DNA of 64,000 nt from an uncultured Acidimicrobiaceae bacterium (lineage in GTDB: Bacteria; Actinomycetota; Acidimicrobiia; Acidimicrobiales; RAAP-2), in the NCBI GenBank assembly GCA_963736525.1, contig CAVTPF010000004.1:44989-108988 (forward strand), read 5' to 3'. The notes beneath the pieces are model-generated. The model saw only the letters and a program-made list of their open reading frames with translations, did not search any database and was not told where the DNA came from. The stretch's first letter is position 1; each line of letters starts with the position of its first letter. Of the stretch, positions 38,031 to 46,362 are shown piece after piece. A program made the translations under genes and the position numbers.

Positions 38031-39527
38031 ACTGCTCGGACCGTCGTTGGCGTCGCCCGAGTACATCGCCACCACGTCGAACGGGGAGCCAGGCTGGGGC
38101 AGGCCGCCCGTGAGCGAACAGGTCGCGCCGCTCGGGGTGAGCACGATGGCATTGGAGCCCCCGTCGCACGTGATGGCCGGCGACGACGCCGGGGTGAACT
38201 TGATCTGCTGGTCCGTCGCCGACGTCGGCGTGGTCGACAGGTCCACGGCCGGGCTGGTCGCCAAGACGGTGGTCCCGCCCGTGATGTCGCCCGGCGTCGT
38301 CAGGTCCGTCACGACATCACCGACCTGGACGTCGGCGAGCGAGCATCCCGTCACCCGGCCGACGCTCGACACCGTCGTGAGAGTGCACCCGCTCTGGGTG
38401 ATCGGCTGCGAGGTGAAGGTGAAGGTGACCGTTCCCGTGGGGACCACGCCCTGCAGCGAGGGGACGACCGACGCGGTGAAGTGCACCGGCGTGCCGTGTA
38501 CCGGCGGCATGGGATTGCCCGCCACGTAGGTCTTCGAGGAGAGGGGGTCGATGCCCTGGCTGGCGCTCTGTTGGCTTGAGGAGTAGTTGAGACTCCCGGT
38601 GTAGGCCGCCATCACGGTGTACGGCGCACCGCTGGCGACGAGCTGGCCGGCGGCCACGACGCACGTCGCCGTCCCCGTCCGGCTGACCGTGATGATGGTG
38701 CCGTTGGAACAGGCGATGGCCGGGCCTCCGCCCGTCGGCGTGATCGTGAACACGACACCGCCGGTGGGTGTCCCCGTCCCCGGGGAGACGGCGGTCACGG
38801 TGGCGGTGTAACGGGCGGCGTGGCCCGAGGGATAAAGGTCGTGGGGGTTGTCCTGGAACGTGAGGGATTCGGTGGGTGACCCCGTCGCCGGCAAGGACAG
38901 CACCATGGTGTTCGGCATCGCGTGCTTGTCGAGCGTGACGACCGTCGTCCCGCCCTGGATGGCACCCTCGGTGTCGGTGACGGTCGCACCGGGTGTGACG
39001 CCGCTGAGAGAGGGGCAGGTCACGTTCACGGTGATGTTGAGCACGCACCCGCCCTGGGTCACCGGCGAGGTGACGGCCGTCGACGTGAGCGAGACCGAAC
39101 TGTCGGAAAGGCCCACCGACTGTGTCACCGAATTGGACGAGCTGGGGTCGTTGTTGGGATCGCCGAGGTAATTGGACGTCACGACGACCGACACATCCTC
39201 GGAGGCCGAGAGCGCGGTGGTCGTGCACTGCGCCACACCGGCGACCAGCGGCTCGGTGTCCGTCGCACCCGCACAGACGTTCGGGGCACCCGGGATGGTG
39301 AAGGTCACCGAACCCGTCGGCACTGGCCCGGGAGGCACCTCCGAGACGGTCGCGGTGAAGGTGACGGATTGCCCCGTCACCGATGGGTTCGGCGAGGAGG
39401 CGAGCACGGTCTGGGTGACTGACGGGTTCGCCGACGCCGACCCACTGAACGTATACACGCCGAAACCCGCCCCCGCGAGCACCACCGCCATGGCGGCGAT
39501 CCTGACCTTCACCGGAATTCTCGCCAT
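38001..39527 (-). CDS. Secreted Ig-like-domain repeat protein
   Basis: Signal peptide MARIPVKVRIAAMAVVLAGAG. Repeated units of the form SVTFTATV...PTGSVTFTI. and ...YTVMAAYTGS. Confidence 0.7.
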   Translation of the reverse strand: MARIPVKVRIAAMAVVLAGAGFGVYTFSGSASANPSVTQTVLASSPNPSVTGQSVTFTATVSEVPPGPVPTGSVTFTIPGAPNVCAGATDTEPLVAGVAQCTTTALSASEDVSVVVTSNYLGDPNNDPSSSNSVTQSVGLSDSSVSLTSTAVTSPVTQGGCVLNITVNVTCPSLSGVTPGATVTDTEGAIQGGTTVVTLDKHAMPNTMVLSLPATGSPTESLTFQDNPHDLYPSGHAARYTATVTAVSPGTGTPTGGVVFTITPTGGGPAIACSNGTIITVSRTGTATCVVAAGQLVASGAPYTVMAAYTGSLNYSSSQQSASQGIDPLSSKTYVAGNPMPPVHGTPVHFTASVVPSLQGVVPTGTVTFTFTSQPITQSGCTLTTVSSVGRVTGCSLADVQVGDVVTDLTTPGDITGGTTVLATSPAVDLSTTPTSATDQQIKFTPASSPAITCDGGSNAIVLTPSGATCSLTGGLPQPGSPFDVVAMYSGDANDGPSSSHALFVKVR

Positions 39528-39606
39528 GACCTGCAGCGGCCCTTCTTCCTCTCCGGTCTATCCGGTGACGGGTGACGGTGCGGCCCCACCGACACCGGGA
39601 CCCGTG

Positions 39607-41211
39607 TCAGTACGCTCCCATTCGGCGCAGGACGCTGACCGGCGTCTGGAGGAGTATGCGAAGGTCCCACAAGAGCGACCATGAGCCGACGTAGACCGAG
39701 TCCAGCCGGCAGAGGTCGTCCCAACTCAGATCGCTGCGCCCACTGACCTGCCACAATCCGGTCATGCCGGGGGGCATGTCGAAGCGTGCGGCGGCCGGAC
39801 CCCGCGAGAGGGCCGGGAACTCCTCGACCGGGAACGGGCGAGGGCCGACCAGCGACATCGTGCCGCCGATCACGTTGAAGAGCTGTGGGAGCTCGTCGAT
39901 GCTGAAGCGCCGCAGGAACCCCCCCACCCTGGTGACCCGGGGATCGTGCTCCATCTTGAACCGGGGTCCGTCGGCGTCGCTCTGCTCCATGAGGTCGCCG
40001 CGCAGGGACTCCGCGTTCTCGACCATCGTGCGGAACTTCCAAATGGAGAAGTGCTCCCCACCCAGCCCGGCGCGACGCTGCCGGAAGAAGGCGGGCCCGG
40101 GTGAGTCCAACCTGATGGCGAGCACGGCGGCGAGCAGGACCGGTGCGAACAGGACCAGGGCGAGCGACCCGATCACCAGGTCGACGGCGCGCTTCCCAAA
40201 CCGGGCCAGGGTCCCGTGCTGAGCCGGCACCAGCGGCACCAGCGGCATGCCGGCCAGGTCCGCCGTGCCGGAGCGCCAGGTCATCAACTCGTAGAGCGAC
40301 GGCACAATGGCCACGTCGACCACACCGAGCAGCGGCCGGATGATTTCGGAGACGGCCAACCACGGGACCCGGGGGATGGCGACGATGACGCGGTCGACCT
40401 CGAGCTCCTCGCAGAGCAACGGCAGGTCCGCCAGGGTGCCGATGGTATCGAACCCGGGAAGAGGGTCGTCGTCGACCATGCCCAGTGCCGTGATGAGCCC
40501 GTGGCGCCGCAGGCGCTGCAGGACGTGGTCACCGGCTTCACCCGCCCCGACGACCACCACACGCTGTGCGCGCAACAGACCCAGCCGGGTCCCGAGGTGG
40601 CTCACGGCCGACCGGACCATCGGCACGGAGACGATGCTGGGGACCAGGAGGCACGCTGCCAACGCGAACGTCGCCAGCACGCCGGCCGACGATCCAACGG
40701 AGAGCAGGATGGCGACGGTGCACAGCGCCGCCACCGGCAGCGAACGGGACACCTTGGTCACGACCCCCATCCCCGACGGGATGATGCGCAGTCCGTTACC
40801 CCGGTACATGCCGTGGTACAGGAACGAGATCAGCAAGGCCGGGATGACCAGCCAGGGCGCCCAGCTCGTCGGCGCGCCGAGACCGGCGGCGGTGGCGACG
40901 CCGAGCCCCAATCCGACGGACAGCGCGGCACCCGCCAGGTCCATCGCGAGTGGGGCGATGATGCTCTGCACTCGTCGCCGGTTGGGCCTGACCCCCCTAC
41001 CGGCGCGTGCGGTGCTCGTCCGTTGGACCGGGTCGGCGGTGCGGAGCCTGGCCTCCTGGGCCTGGAGGTGTGCCAGTGGGGAGTCCGCTTCGCCGGTGCC
41101 CGGGATGGCGATCGTCGGTGGAGCGGGCTGCGTCGCGGCGGCGGATCGGAGGGCCTCAGGCGGGGGCCCAGTCTCCTCGCTGATCGCCGTCGCCACTCCC
41201 GGATCGTCCAC
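39607..41211 (-). CDS. Polyprenyl glycosylphosphotransferase (priming sugar transferase, WbaP/CpsE type)
   Basis: N-terminal helices, a Rossmann-like VVVVGAGEAGDH block, then KRAVDLVIGSLALV...RLDSPGPAFFRQRRAGLGGEHFSIWKFRTM...DELPQLFNVIGGTMSLVGPRP. The start is uncertain; the GTG at 41211 was chosen. Confidence 0.8.
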   Translation of the reverse strand: MDDPGVATAISEETGPPPEALRSAAATQPAPPTIAIPGTGEADSPLAHLQAQEARLRTADPVQRTSTARAGRGVRPNRRRVQSIIAPLAMDLAGAALSVGLGLGVATAAGLGAPTSWAPWLVIPALLISFLYHGMYRGNGLRIIPSGMGVVTKVSRSLPVAALCTVAILLSVGSSAGVLATFALAACLLVPSIVSVPMVRSAVSHLGTRLGLLRAQRVVVVGAGEAGDHVLQRLRRHGLITALGMVDDDPLPGFDTIGTLADLPLLCEELEVDRVIVAIPRVPWLAVSEIIRPLLGVVDVAIVPSLYELMTWRSGTADLAGMPLVPLVPAQHGTLARFGKRAVDLVIGSLALVLFAPVLLAAVLAIRLDSPGPAFFRQRRAGLGGEHFSIWKFRTMVENAESLRGDLMEQSDADGPRFKMEHDPRVTRVGGFLRRFSIDELPQLFNVIGGTMSLVGPRPFPVEEFPALSRGPAAARFDMPPGMTGLWQVSGRSDLSWDDLCRLDSVYVGSWSLLWDLRILLQTPVSVLRRMGAY

Positions 41212-41610
41212 CGACCCGGAGGTTAGGGAACCCAGGTAAACGGGGGTCGAACGGATTGTGATACCCGGATGATTCCGGGGTGAACAGGGGGTGGATCCGG
41301 CCTCTGGGCAGTTCGGGAATGCTGTGGGCCGACTGGAAGTCCGGTCCGCCGGCAGCGGGGGGCAGCTCGAGCACGCCCGGGAGGGTCCCGCGGATGGCCC
41401 GCGCCCCGTCCGTGTCCGCCCAACGCCACAACGTCGCCTCCGGAACGAGCCTCTGGCGAATCCGGCCCTGCCACAGGCGCCTGCGGTCGACCGCCCACGC
41501 CCGGTGGGCGAACCCGTGCGGGTCGACGTACCACGAGCCCATGCCCGACGGGTTCGCCGCGCTGCGGAGCCGTGCGGCGGCAAGCTTGGGACGGCGGCGG
41601 CGCAACATGG

Positions 41611-41811
41611 TCAGTTGTCGAAGACCCCGACCTGGGTCTTCCCGTGGAAGCCCTGGGGGGTGATGTACTCGAACTGGTCGATCCCGGCCGGCGGCACCAA
41701 GGAGGCGAAGAGCCAGGCGGGGAGCAAGCCGTTCTTGGTGTAGACGACGTTGTGACCCGTGGACACCCGTGGAGACACCGCGAGGCCGTTCGCCTCGGTC
41801 GACACGGTCAC
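41611..41811 (-). pseudogene. Decayed paralogue of the 49967..50488 lipoprotein gene
   Basis: It aligns to the 3' and central parts of 49967..50488, but lacks the signal/lipobox end (TGA just upstream in frame) and about 35 internal codons (...LPAWLFASLVPPAGIDQFEY versus ...LPAWLFAAKGEPITF...MTPPAGIGQFEY). Confidence 0.5.
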
Positions 41812-41914
41812 CGATTGTCCGTTGACGATGACGGTGCCCGACGCGAACGCGGGAGCCGTGGTGAGGCGGCCAGCGCGCCGATTTCAACAGCGAACATCAT
41901 GATTGGTATCGACC

Positions 41915-43063
41915 TCACAGGGTTGGGGGTAGCAAAAGGTACACATTTGAAAACCACTCGAGTGCCAGCGCGAGCACGATCGGCGTGCTGACGAGATACA
42001 CGGTCCAGATCTGCCGCGGTGCCCTGCGATACACGACGAAGGTCACGATGAGGGCGGCAGCAAAAACGAGGCCCCACAGCACCGACGGACCGATCGCAGA
42101 CGCGTCGCCCGCCAGCGCGCGCTGGGACGCGGGCGCGAGCGTCGTCGGGACCGGGGCATGCGCCGGTGCACTGGTCAGCTTCGCAATGACGTAGGCGCGT
42201 CCGGTGGGGATGAAGGGTGCATTGGCCGTGACCAGCGTGAGCCGCGCCGTCCTGGTGGGGCTGATCGGATCCACTTCACCAGCGGTCGCGGTGCCCACCT
42301 GTTCGACCTCGTAGCGAAACACGCCCAGGCCGGTCACGATCGTGATGGGATCACCGCGACGCAGGCTGAGGATGTGGGCGAACGGCGCACCGCTCGTGCT
42401 CCGACGACCCGCTATGACGGAGTTGCCCCTGGTCCCCGGCCGCGCCGTGCCCACCATGGCACCCGGGCCCTTTGCGGTGTCCGCGGCACTGGTCCCCTCG
42501 ACCACGACCTGCTTCAGGCCGATGCTCGGGATGAGCAGCACGGCCACCGGTTGCCCTTCGGGGGGCACGCGGCCGCTGTAGAGGGCCTGCGCTGACGGGG
42601 TCAGGAACTCGTTGAGCAGCGCGTGCTGCTCCCGCTGCTGCTGCAGGCCGGTGAACATGAACGCGTAGACGACGAAGAGCACGAGGCACGCGCCCACGGT
42701 CACGAAGCTCAGGGCCACGGCCAGCATCAGCCGGTCGGCTCGTTGCTCGGTGCTGGCGGCCGGCGCCGCGTCGGTGCGGATCGCCGTCTTGGCTCGATGA
42801 ATGACCGAGACCCTGTCGATCCCTTCGGGATCACGGAACGCCGGGACTGGCTCCGCGACGAGCGAGCGGGTGATGCGCCCCCCGGGCGCGTCCCCGTGGA
42901 GAACGCGCCGGGCCGCGCCACCCGAGCGGGTTCGCGTGCGTGGGTAACGCCCCTCCGTCGGGTCCGGGACGAAATACCTCCGCAGGCGGTGCAGTGAACC
43001 GCGACGTGGGGGCCAATCGCTCACCGGCGGTGCAGGGCGCGCCTTCTCGGCGACCGGCGTCAC
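41915..43063 (-). CDS. Class E sortase homologue with catalytic His and Cys replaced (pseudo-sortase)
   Basis: IPSIGLKQVVVEGT...KGPGAMVGTARPG..GNSVIAGRRSTSGAPF...RRGDPI...RLTLVTANAPF aligns with the class E pattern IP.LGL..VVVEGT..KGPGH..GTA.PG..GN..IAGHRTTYGAPF...LTL.TC. It has an N-terminal helix and two C-terminal helices. The start lies between 42727 (ATG) and 43063 (GTG). Confidence 0.65.
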   Translation of the reverse strand: MTPVAEKARPAPPVSDWPPRRGSLHRLRRYFVPDPTEGRYPRTRTRSGGAARRVLHGDAPGGRITRSLVAEPVPAFRDPEGIDRVSVIHRAKTAIRTDAAPAASTEQRADRLMLAVALSFVTVGACLVLFVVYAFMFTGLQQQREQHALLNEFLTPSAQALYSGRVPPEGQPVAVLLIPSIGLKQVVVEGTSAADTAKGPGAMVGTARPGTRGNSVIAGRRSTSGAPFAHILSLRRGDPITIVTGLGVFRYEVEQVGTATAGEVDPISPTRTARLTLVTANAPFIPTGRAYVIAKLTSAPAHAPVPTTLAPASQRALAGDASAIGPSVLWGLVFAAALIVTFVVYRRAPRQIWTVYLVSTPIVLALALEWFSNVYLLLPPTL

Positions 43064-43082
43064 GACAGGCGCACCGAGGAGC

Positions 43083-45560
43083 TCACACCGGGCCGGGGCG
43101 GGAGCGCGCCGCCCCCAACCATCCCGGTACCTTCTTGAGGCGGACGGCCACCTTGGCTGACCAGGCTCGGATCCGTGTGGACAGCGCATGGCCGGTGTCG
43201 AAGACGTGGCGGCGCAACCCGGCGCTGAGGAACAGCAGCGAACCCATGAGCAGCGCGAGGATCCCCAGGAGGATCACCACCGGGAGCAGGTTGGAGCTGG
43301 CGCTCGCCACCAGGGAGAGCGAGCTCAGTGATTGGTGATGGCCCGACGACGGGGAAGCCGAAGCCTGATGCGAATTCGTCGAGGGGACACCGCCTCCCGT
43401 CCCCTTGATCGTGCCCGGTGTCGTCGTCGTGTGCGACGGGGAGGCCGAGCCCGAAGGTGCGTTCGCACCAGCGCTCGCGGTCGCGGCACTGGCGGTTCCT
43501 CCCGGCTGCCCGTTGACCGGGGCAGGTCCAGCCGACCCGGCGGTGCCCGACCCCGAGGAGCCCGAGGAGCCCGAGGGCCCGGACGGTGCGGTCGTGGTCG
43601 TCGTCGGTGCACCCTCGTTGGCGAAATCGTTCGCAATGTCGTTCTGTGCCTGCTGGTAGAGCGCACTCGGTAGCGGCACGAAGCCGGCAGGCAGGTCCGG
43701 CGTGTCGGAGCCACCGGTCAGGTTCAAGACCTGGCTCAGCATGGCCTGGTCGGCGGCGGCCTGCGTCGCCGAGACACCCCGCGTGGGAACGACGGCATAC
43801 GTGATGGAGGGCATCGGGTAGGCGTTGGGATCGGTGGTCGTGTAGTTGGGAGTGAGCGAGCCGTCGGCGTTCTCGGTGGCGTCGCTCACCGCGGCGTCGA
43901 GCGACTGCTGCGTCGGTAGCACGAAGTTGCCGGATGGGTTCTGGAGGGCCGCCACGCTCATGCCGAAGTACTCGGCGTCCGCCCAGTCCATAGAGGCAAA
44001 TCCCGCATACGGTTCGGCCTGCTGCAGCGTCGGCTGTACAGCCGCGACGATCTTGAGCGCCTGTTGGGAGGGTCCTTGGTACGCTAAATAGGAGGTCAGC
44101 CCCTGTCGCACCGGGGGGAACTGCTCGTCGGTCGGACACGTCGCCAGCGGCTTGCCGGTCGGGTTCAAGCCGGACTGGAGAACCGCCGCCGCCGTTGATG
44201 GCTCGGAGAAGTTCGCCCCGACCGCCGACACGCTGACCACAGGAGCCTTGCACAGCCAAGCGAACAGTTGCCCCGTGGGACCGGCCGTGTCCGATCGCAC
44301 GTACCCGGCGAAGGACTGCGGCATGAGGAACGCGCTATCGAAGTTGACCTCGTTCATCAAGGAGCACTGCGTGATCGGCTTGTTCTTCTTCGTGGAGACC
44401 GGGCAGGGAGGCACCGTGCAGCCGCTGCTCTGGCACGCCACCACGTCGGACGTTGCGATGTTCTCGTAGTATCCGGTCAGCAAACCGGCCACCATGCGCG
44501 GGGTCAGGTCCATGGCGTCTAAGGGCACCAGCTGCTGGTGTGATGCCGTACGCTCCTCGGCGGTGAAGGAGACGACATTGGCGCTCAATGCGATCGGGAT
44601 GAGGGCGAAGTTGCCCATCTTGAGCTCTACCTGCTGGTCCGCCTGTTCGGGATCGTCGGTGAACGCCACGTCGATCAGACCCTGTTGCAGGGACGTGACC
44701 GCGCTGAGGCCGTCGATGGCCGTGTTGAAGGCGATCGTTGGGTCCGGTCCGCCGCATCCGATCCGGGCGGCCACCGGGAAGAGGATGTCAGATCCGAAGT
44801 CGCTCTGCGTGTTCACCGTGTTGGCCCCCGGGCATCCGCTTCCCGAGGCTAGGAAGCTGACGGGAACCACTGCAGTGGTCGAAGGCACCAGCGTGAGCGC
44901 GCCGCTGTTGGTGGGACCTGTGTCGGTGATGTCGACCGAGCATGGTGAGGCCGCGTTGCAGAAGAACGCGCCCGTGTCGGCGTTGTCTCCAGGTGCTGCG
45001 CCTGAGAGCGGCGTCGACGTGGAGTCCACCTCGAGAACCTGGAAGCTCACACTGGTCGCCCCGTTCGGGAAGGCTTCTGTCTGATAGTCCACTTCGGAAA
45101 CGCCCTGACCGCCGGTGTTCACACAGAGTTGGTCCGAGGGAAGCGGTGCCGTGTCGGAGCAGTAGTTGATCTGTGCGTAATCGCCCACGCCCGGCGTCGA
45201 GGTCCAGTCGTAGAGGTTGACGTAGACCCACTGGGCCGGTCCGAGGTCGCTCACCGGGCCCACCTGGTACGTCGGGCAGGTCGTTCCGCTCGGGCACGTG
45301 GCCGGGATGGTCCCGCAGGCGTCGCCGGTCGGGCAGGCCGGGGGGGCAAGCAGATCGTGTGACACCGAGAAGCTCGGGGTCACAGCCACCCCCGGCGCGG
45401 TCACCGCGGTGGTGGTCGTGCCGTGCGCCTTCGCGACGCTCCCGTGCGCCGGGGGGGAACCGGCAGCCCCGTGGCTCGAGGCCGCGGCCTGCGTCACGGG
45501 GATCACGAGGAGGAACAGGCCGGCCAGGAGCGCCGTGACGGCCTTCCTGCCACGCGTCAT
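43083..45560 (-). CDS. Large exported Cys-rich protein with a PstS-fold (type 2 PBP) domain, a Ser/Gly/Thr-rich stalk and a C-terminal membrane anchor
   Basis: The ATG at 45560 follows GGGGGAGG. Signal peptide MTRGRKAVTALLAGLFLLVIPVTQAAA and about 18 Cys. PBP-like blocks: FALIPIALSANVVSF, YVRSDTAGPTGQLFAWL, YPMPSITYAVVP and GFVPLPSALYQQAQNDI. The C-terminal helix is LLPVVILLGILALLMGSLLFLSAGLRRH. Confidence 0.65.
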   Translation of the reverse strand: MTRGRKAVTALLAGLFLLVIPVTQAAASSHGAAGSPPAHGSVAKAHGTTTTAVTAPGVAVTPSFSVSHDLLAPPACPTGDACGTIPATCPSGTTCPTYQVGPVSDLGPAQWVYVNLYDWTSTPGVGDYAQINYCSDTAPLPSDQLCVNTGGQGVSEVDYQTEAFPNGATSVSFQVLEVDSTSTPLSGAAPGDNADTGAFFCNAASPCSVDITDTGPTNSGALTLVPSTTAVVPVSFLASGSGCPGANTVNTQSDFGSDILFPVAARIGCGGPDPTIAFNTAIDGLSAVTSLQQGLIDVAFTDDPEQADQQVELKMGNFALIPIALSANVVSFTAEERTASHQQLVPLDAMDLTPRMVAGLLTGYYENIATSDVVACQSSGCTVPPCPVSTKKNKPITQCSLMNEVNFDSAFLMPQSFAGYVRSDTAGPTGQLFAWLCKAPVVSVSAVGANFSEPSTAAAVLQSGLNPTGKPLATCPTDEQFPPVRQGLTSYLAYQGPSQQALKIVAAVQPTLQQAEPYAGFASMDWADAEYFGMSVAALQNPSGNFVLPTQQSLDAAVSDATENADGSLTPNYTTTDPNAYPMPSITYAVVPTRGVSATQAAADQAMLSQVLNLTGGSDTPDLPAGFVPLPSALYQQAQNDIANDFANEGAPTTTTTAPSGPSGSSGSSGSGTAGSAGPAPVNGQPGGTASAATASAGANAPSGSASPSHTTTTPGTIKGTGGGVPSTNSHQASASPSSGHHQSLSSLSLVASASSNLLPVVILLGILALLMGSLLFLSAGLRRHVFDTGHALSTRIRAWSAKVAVRLKKVPGWLGAARSRPGPV
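44949..45027. repeat. 79-nt segment matching 50631..50709 with one mismatch
   Basis: Aligned by eye, with a single mismatch (gaacgcgcc versus gaacgtgcc). Confidence 0.85.
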
Positions 45561-45811
45561 GGTGCCTCCCCCGACCGCGGCTCGTCCGTGACGTCGCCGC
45601 GCCGGCGACGCGCGATCGCGACGGCCGGCGGCAGGGCCAGCAGAGCCAGGAGTCCGAACGCGGCCAGAAGAACATCGGCGTTGGGCCCGGGCGACTTCAA
45701 CAGGAAAGCAGTGGTGCGCTGCAGGGCGACGCCGGCAACCTGGCCCGGCGCCGCCGAAACCTCGTTGGCCGCCTTCTTGGCCGCCGCGGCCGCGGCGGCC
45801 TTGGCCTGTGC
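45535..45811. repeat. 277-nt segment about 97 percent identical to 50710..50987
   Basis: Aligned by eye, giving about 7 substitutions and one 1-nt indel. It covers the start of the large PBP gene and the anchor-coding 3' end of the upstream ORF. Confidence 0.85.
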
Positions 45812-46183
45812 CGGGCTCGTCGGCGACGTACTGCTGCTGCCGGCACACCGGGCGCCCCAGCTCTCGGCTCGGGCTCCACCGTGAGCAGGCGCAGCGGTCG
45901 CGAGTCCTCCGGCGACGCCCCCTGTGGTGGGGGCAAAGGTAGCGGCGCCGCCGGCCGATGGCGAAGCCGACGCGCTGCCGGTCACCGGCTGCTGGAGCGA
46001 CGCGCTGGCCGATGATGCAAGGGGCGTCGCGGTTGGACGCAGTCGGGGTCGGGCGGAGGTGAAGTCACTAACCGTCTGCGTGACCATGGGGAATGCCGGA
46101 TCAGACCGCGTGAGGCGGCTCCGCAGGCGTATCGGGGTGAAGCGAGAGTCCTGCGAGGGAATGTCGGGTGCCGAGGCTGTCAC
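45557..46183 (-). pseudogene. In-frame deletion chimera: pstC N-terminus fused to the stalk and anchor of the PstS-like anchored protein
   Basis: MTASAPDIPSQDSRFTPIRLRSRLTRSDPAF matches pstC2 MTVTTPDAPAESPRFTPIRLRSRLSRSDQVF. The C-terminus ...[74 protein letters not shown] matches the tail of 50733..52448. The GTG start is the same as in pstC2, and the stop overlaps the next start (ATGA). Confidence 0.5.
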
Positions 46184-46265
46184 TGAGGATCGCGCTCAAT
46201 TCCTTGAGGTCGGTGGTGACGCTGCAGCGTCGCGAGCGGGGCCGGCCGGGACGGTAGACCGAGAG

Positions 46266-46301
46266 CAACGGGGCCCAGCCCCGAAAGGCTGGACCCCGTT
46301 G
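46266..46301 (-). terminator. Strong stem-loop downstream of the 46363..48138 gene
   Basis: CAACGGGGCCCAGCC-ccgaaa-GGCTGGACCCCGTTG, a 15-bp stem with one mismatch. It lies 62 nt after the stop. Confidence 0.55.
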
Positions 46302-46362
46302 TGCCGCGTCTCTGTCTCGGAAGCCAAAACCTCAACGGATTCCGAGTGTGGATCCCTCTCGG

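Noticed and set aside
41808-42077. Small ORFs around the sortase 3' end, plus 49645..50085 and 50533..51387.
   Set aside because: They overlap better-supported genes or remnants in other frames and have shadow-ORF composition.
44788-45675. This ORF and 49967..50851 share an identical N-terminus ([35 protein letters not shown]), which could look like a duplicated gene.
   Set aside because: The shared part is simply the 277-nt repeat read in a non-coding frame. The real frames there are the anchor tail and the PBP gene start.
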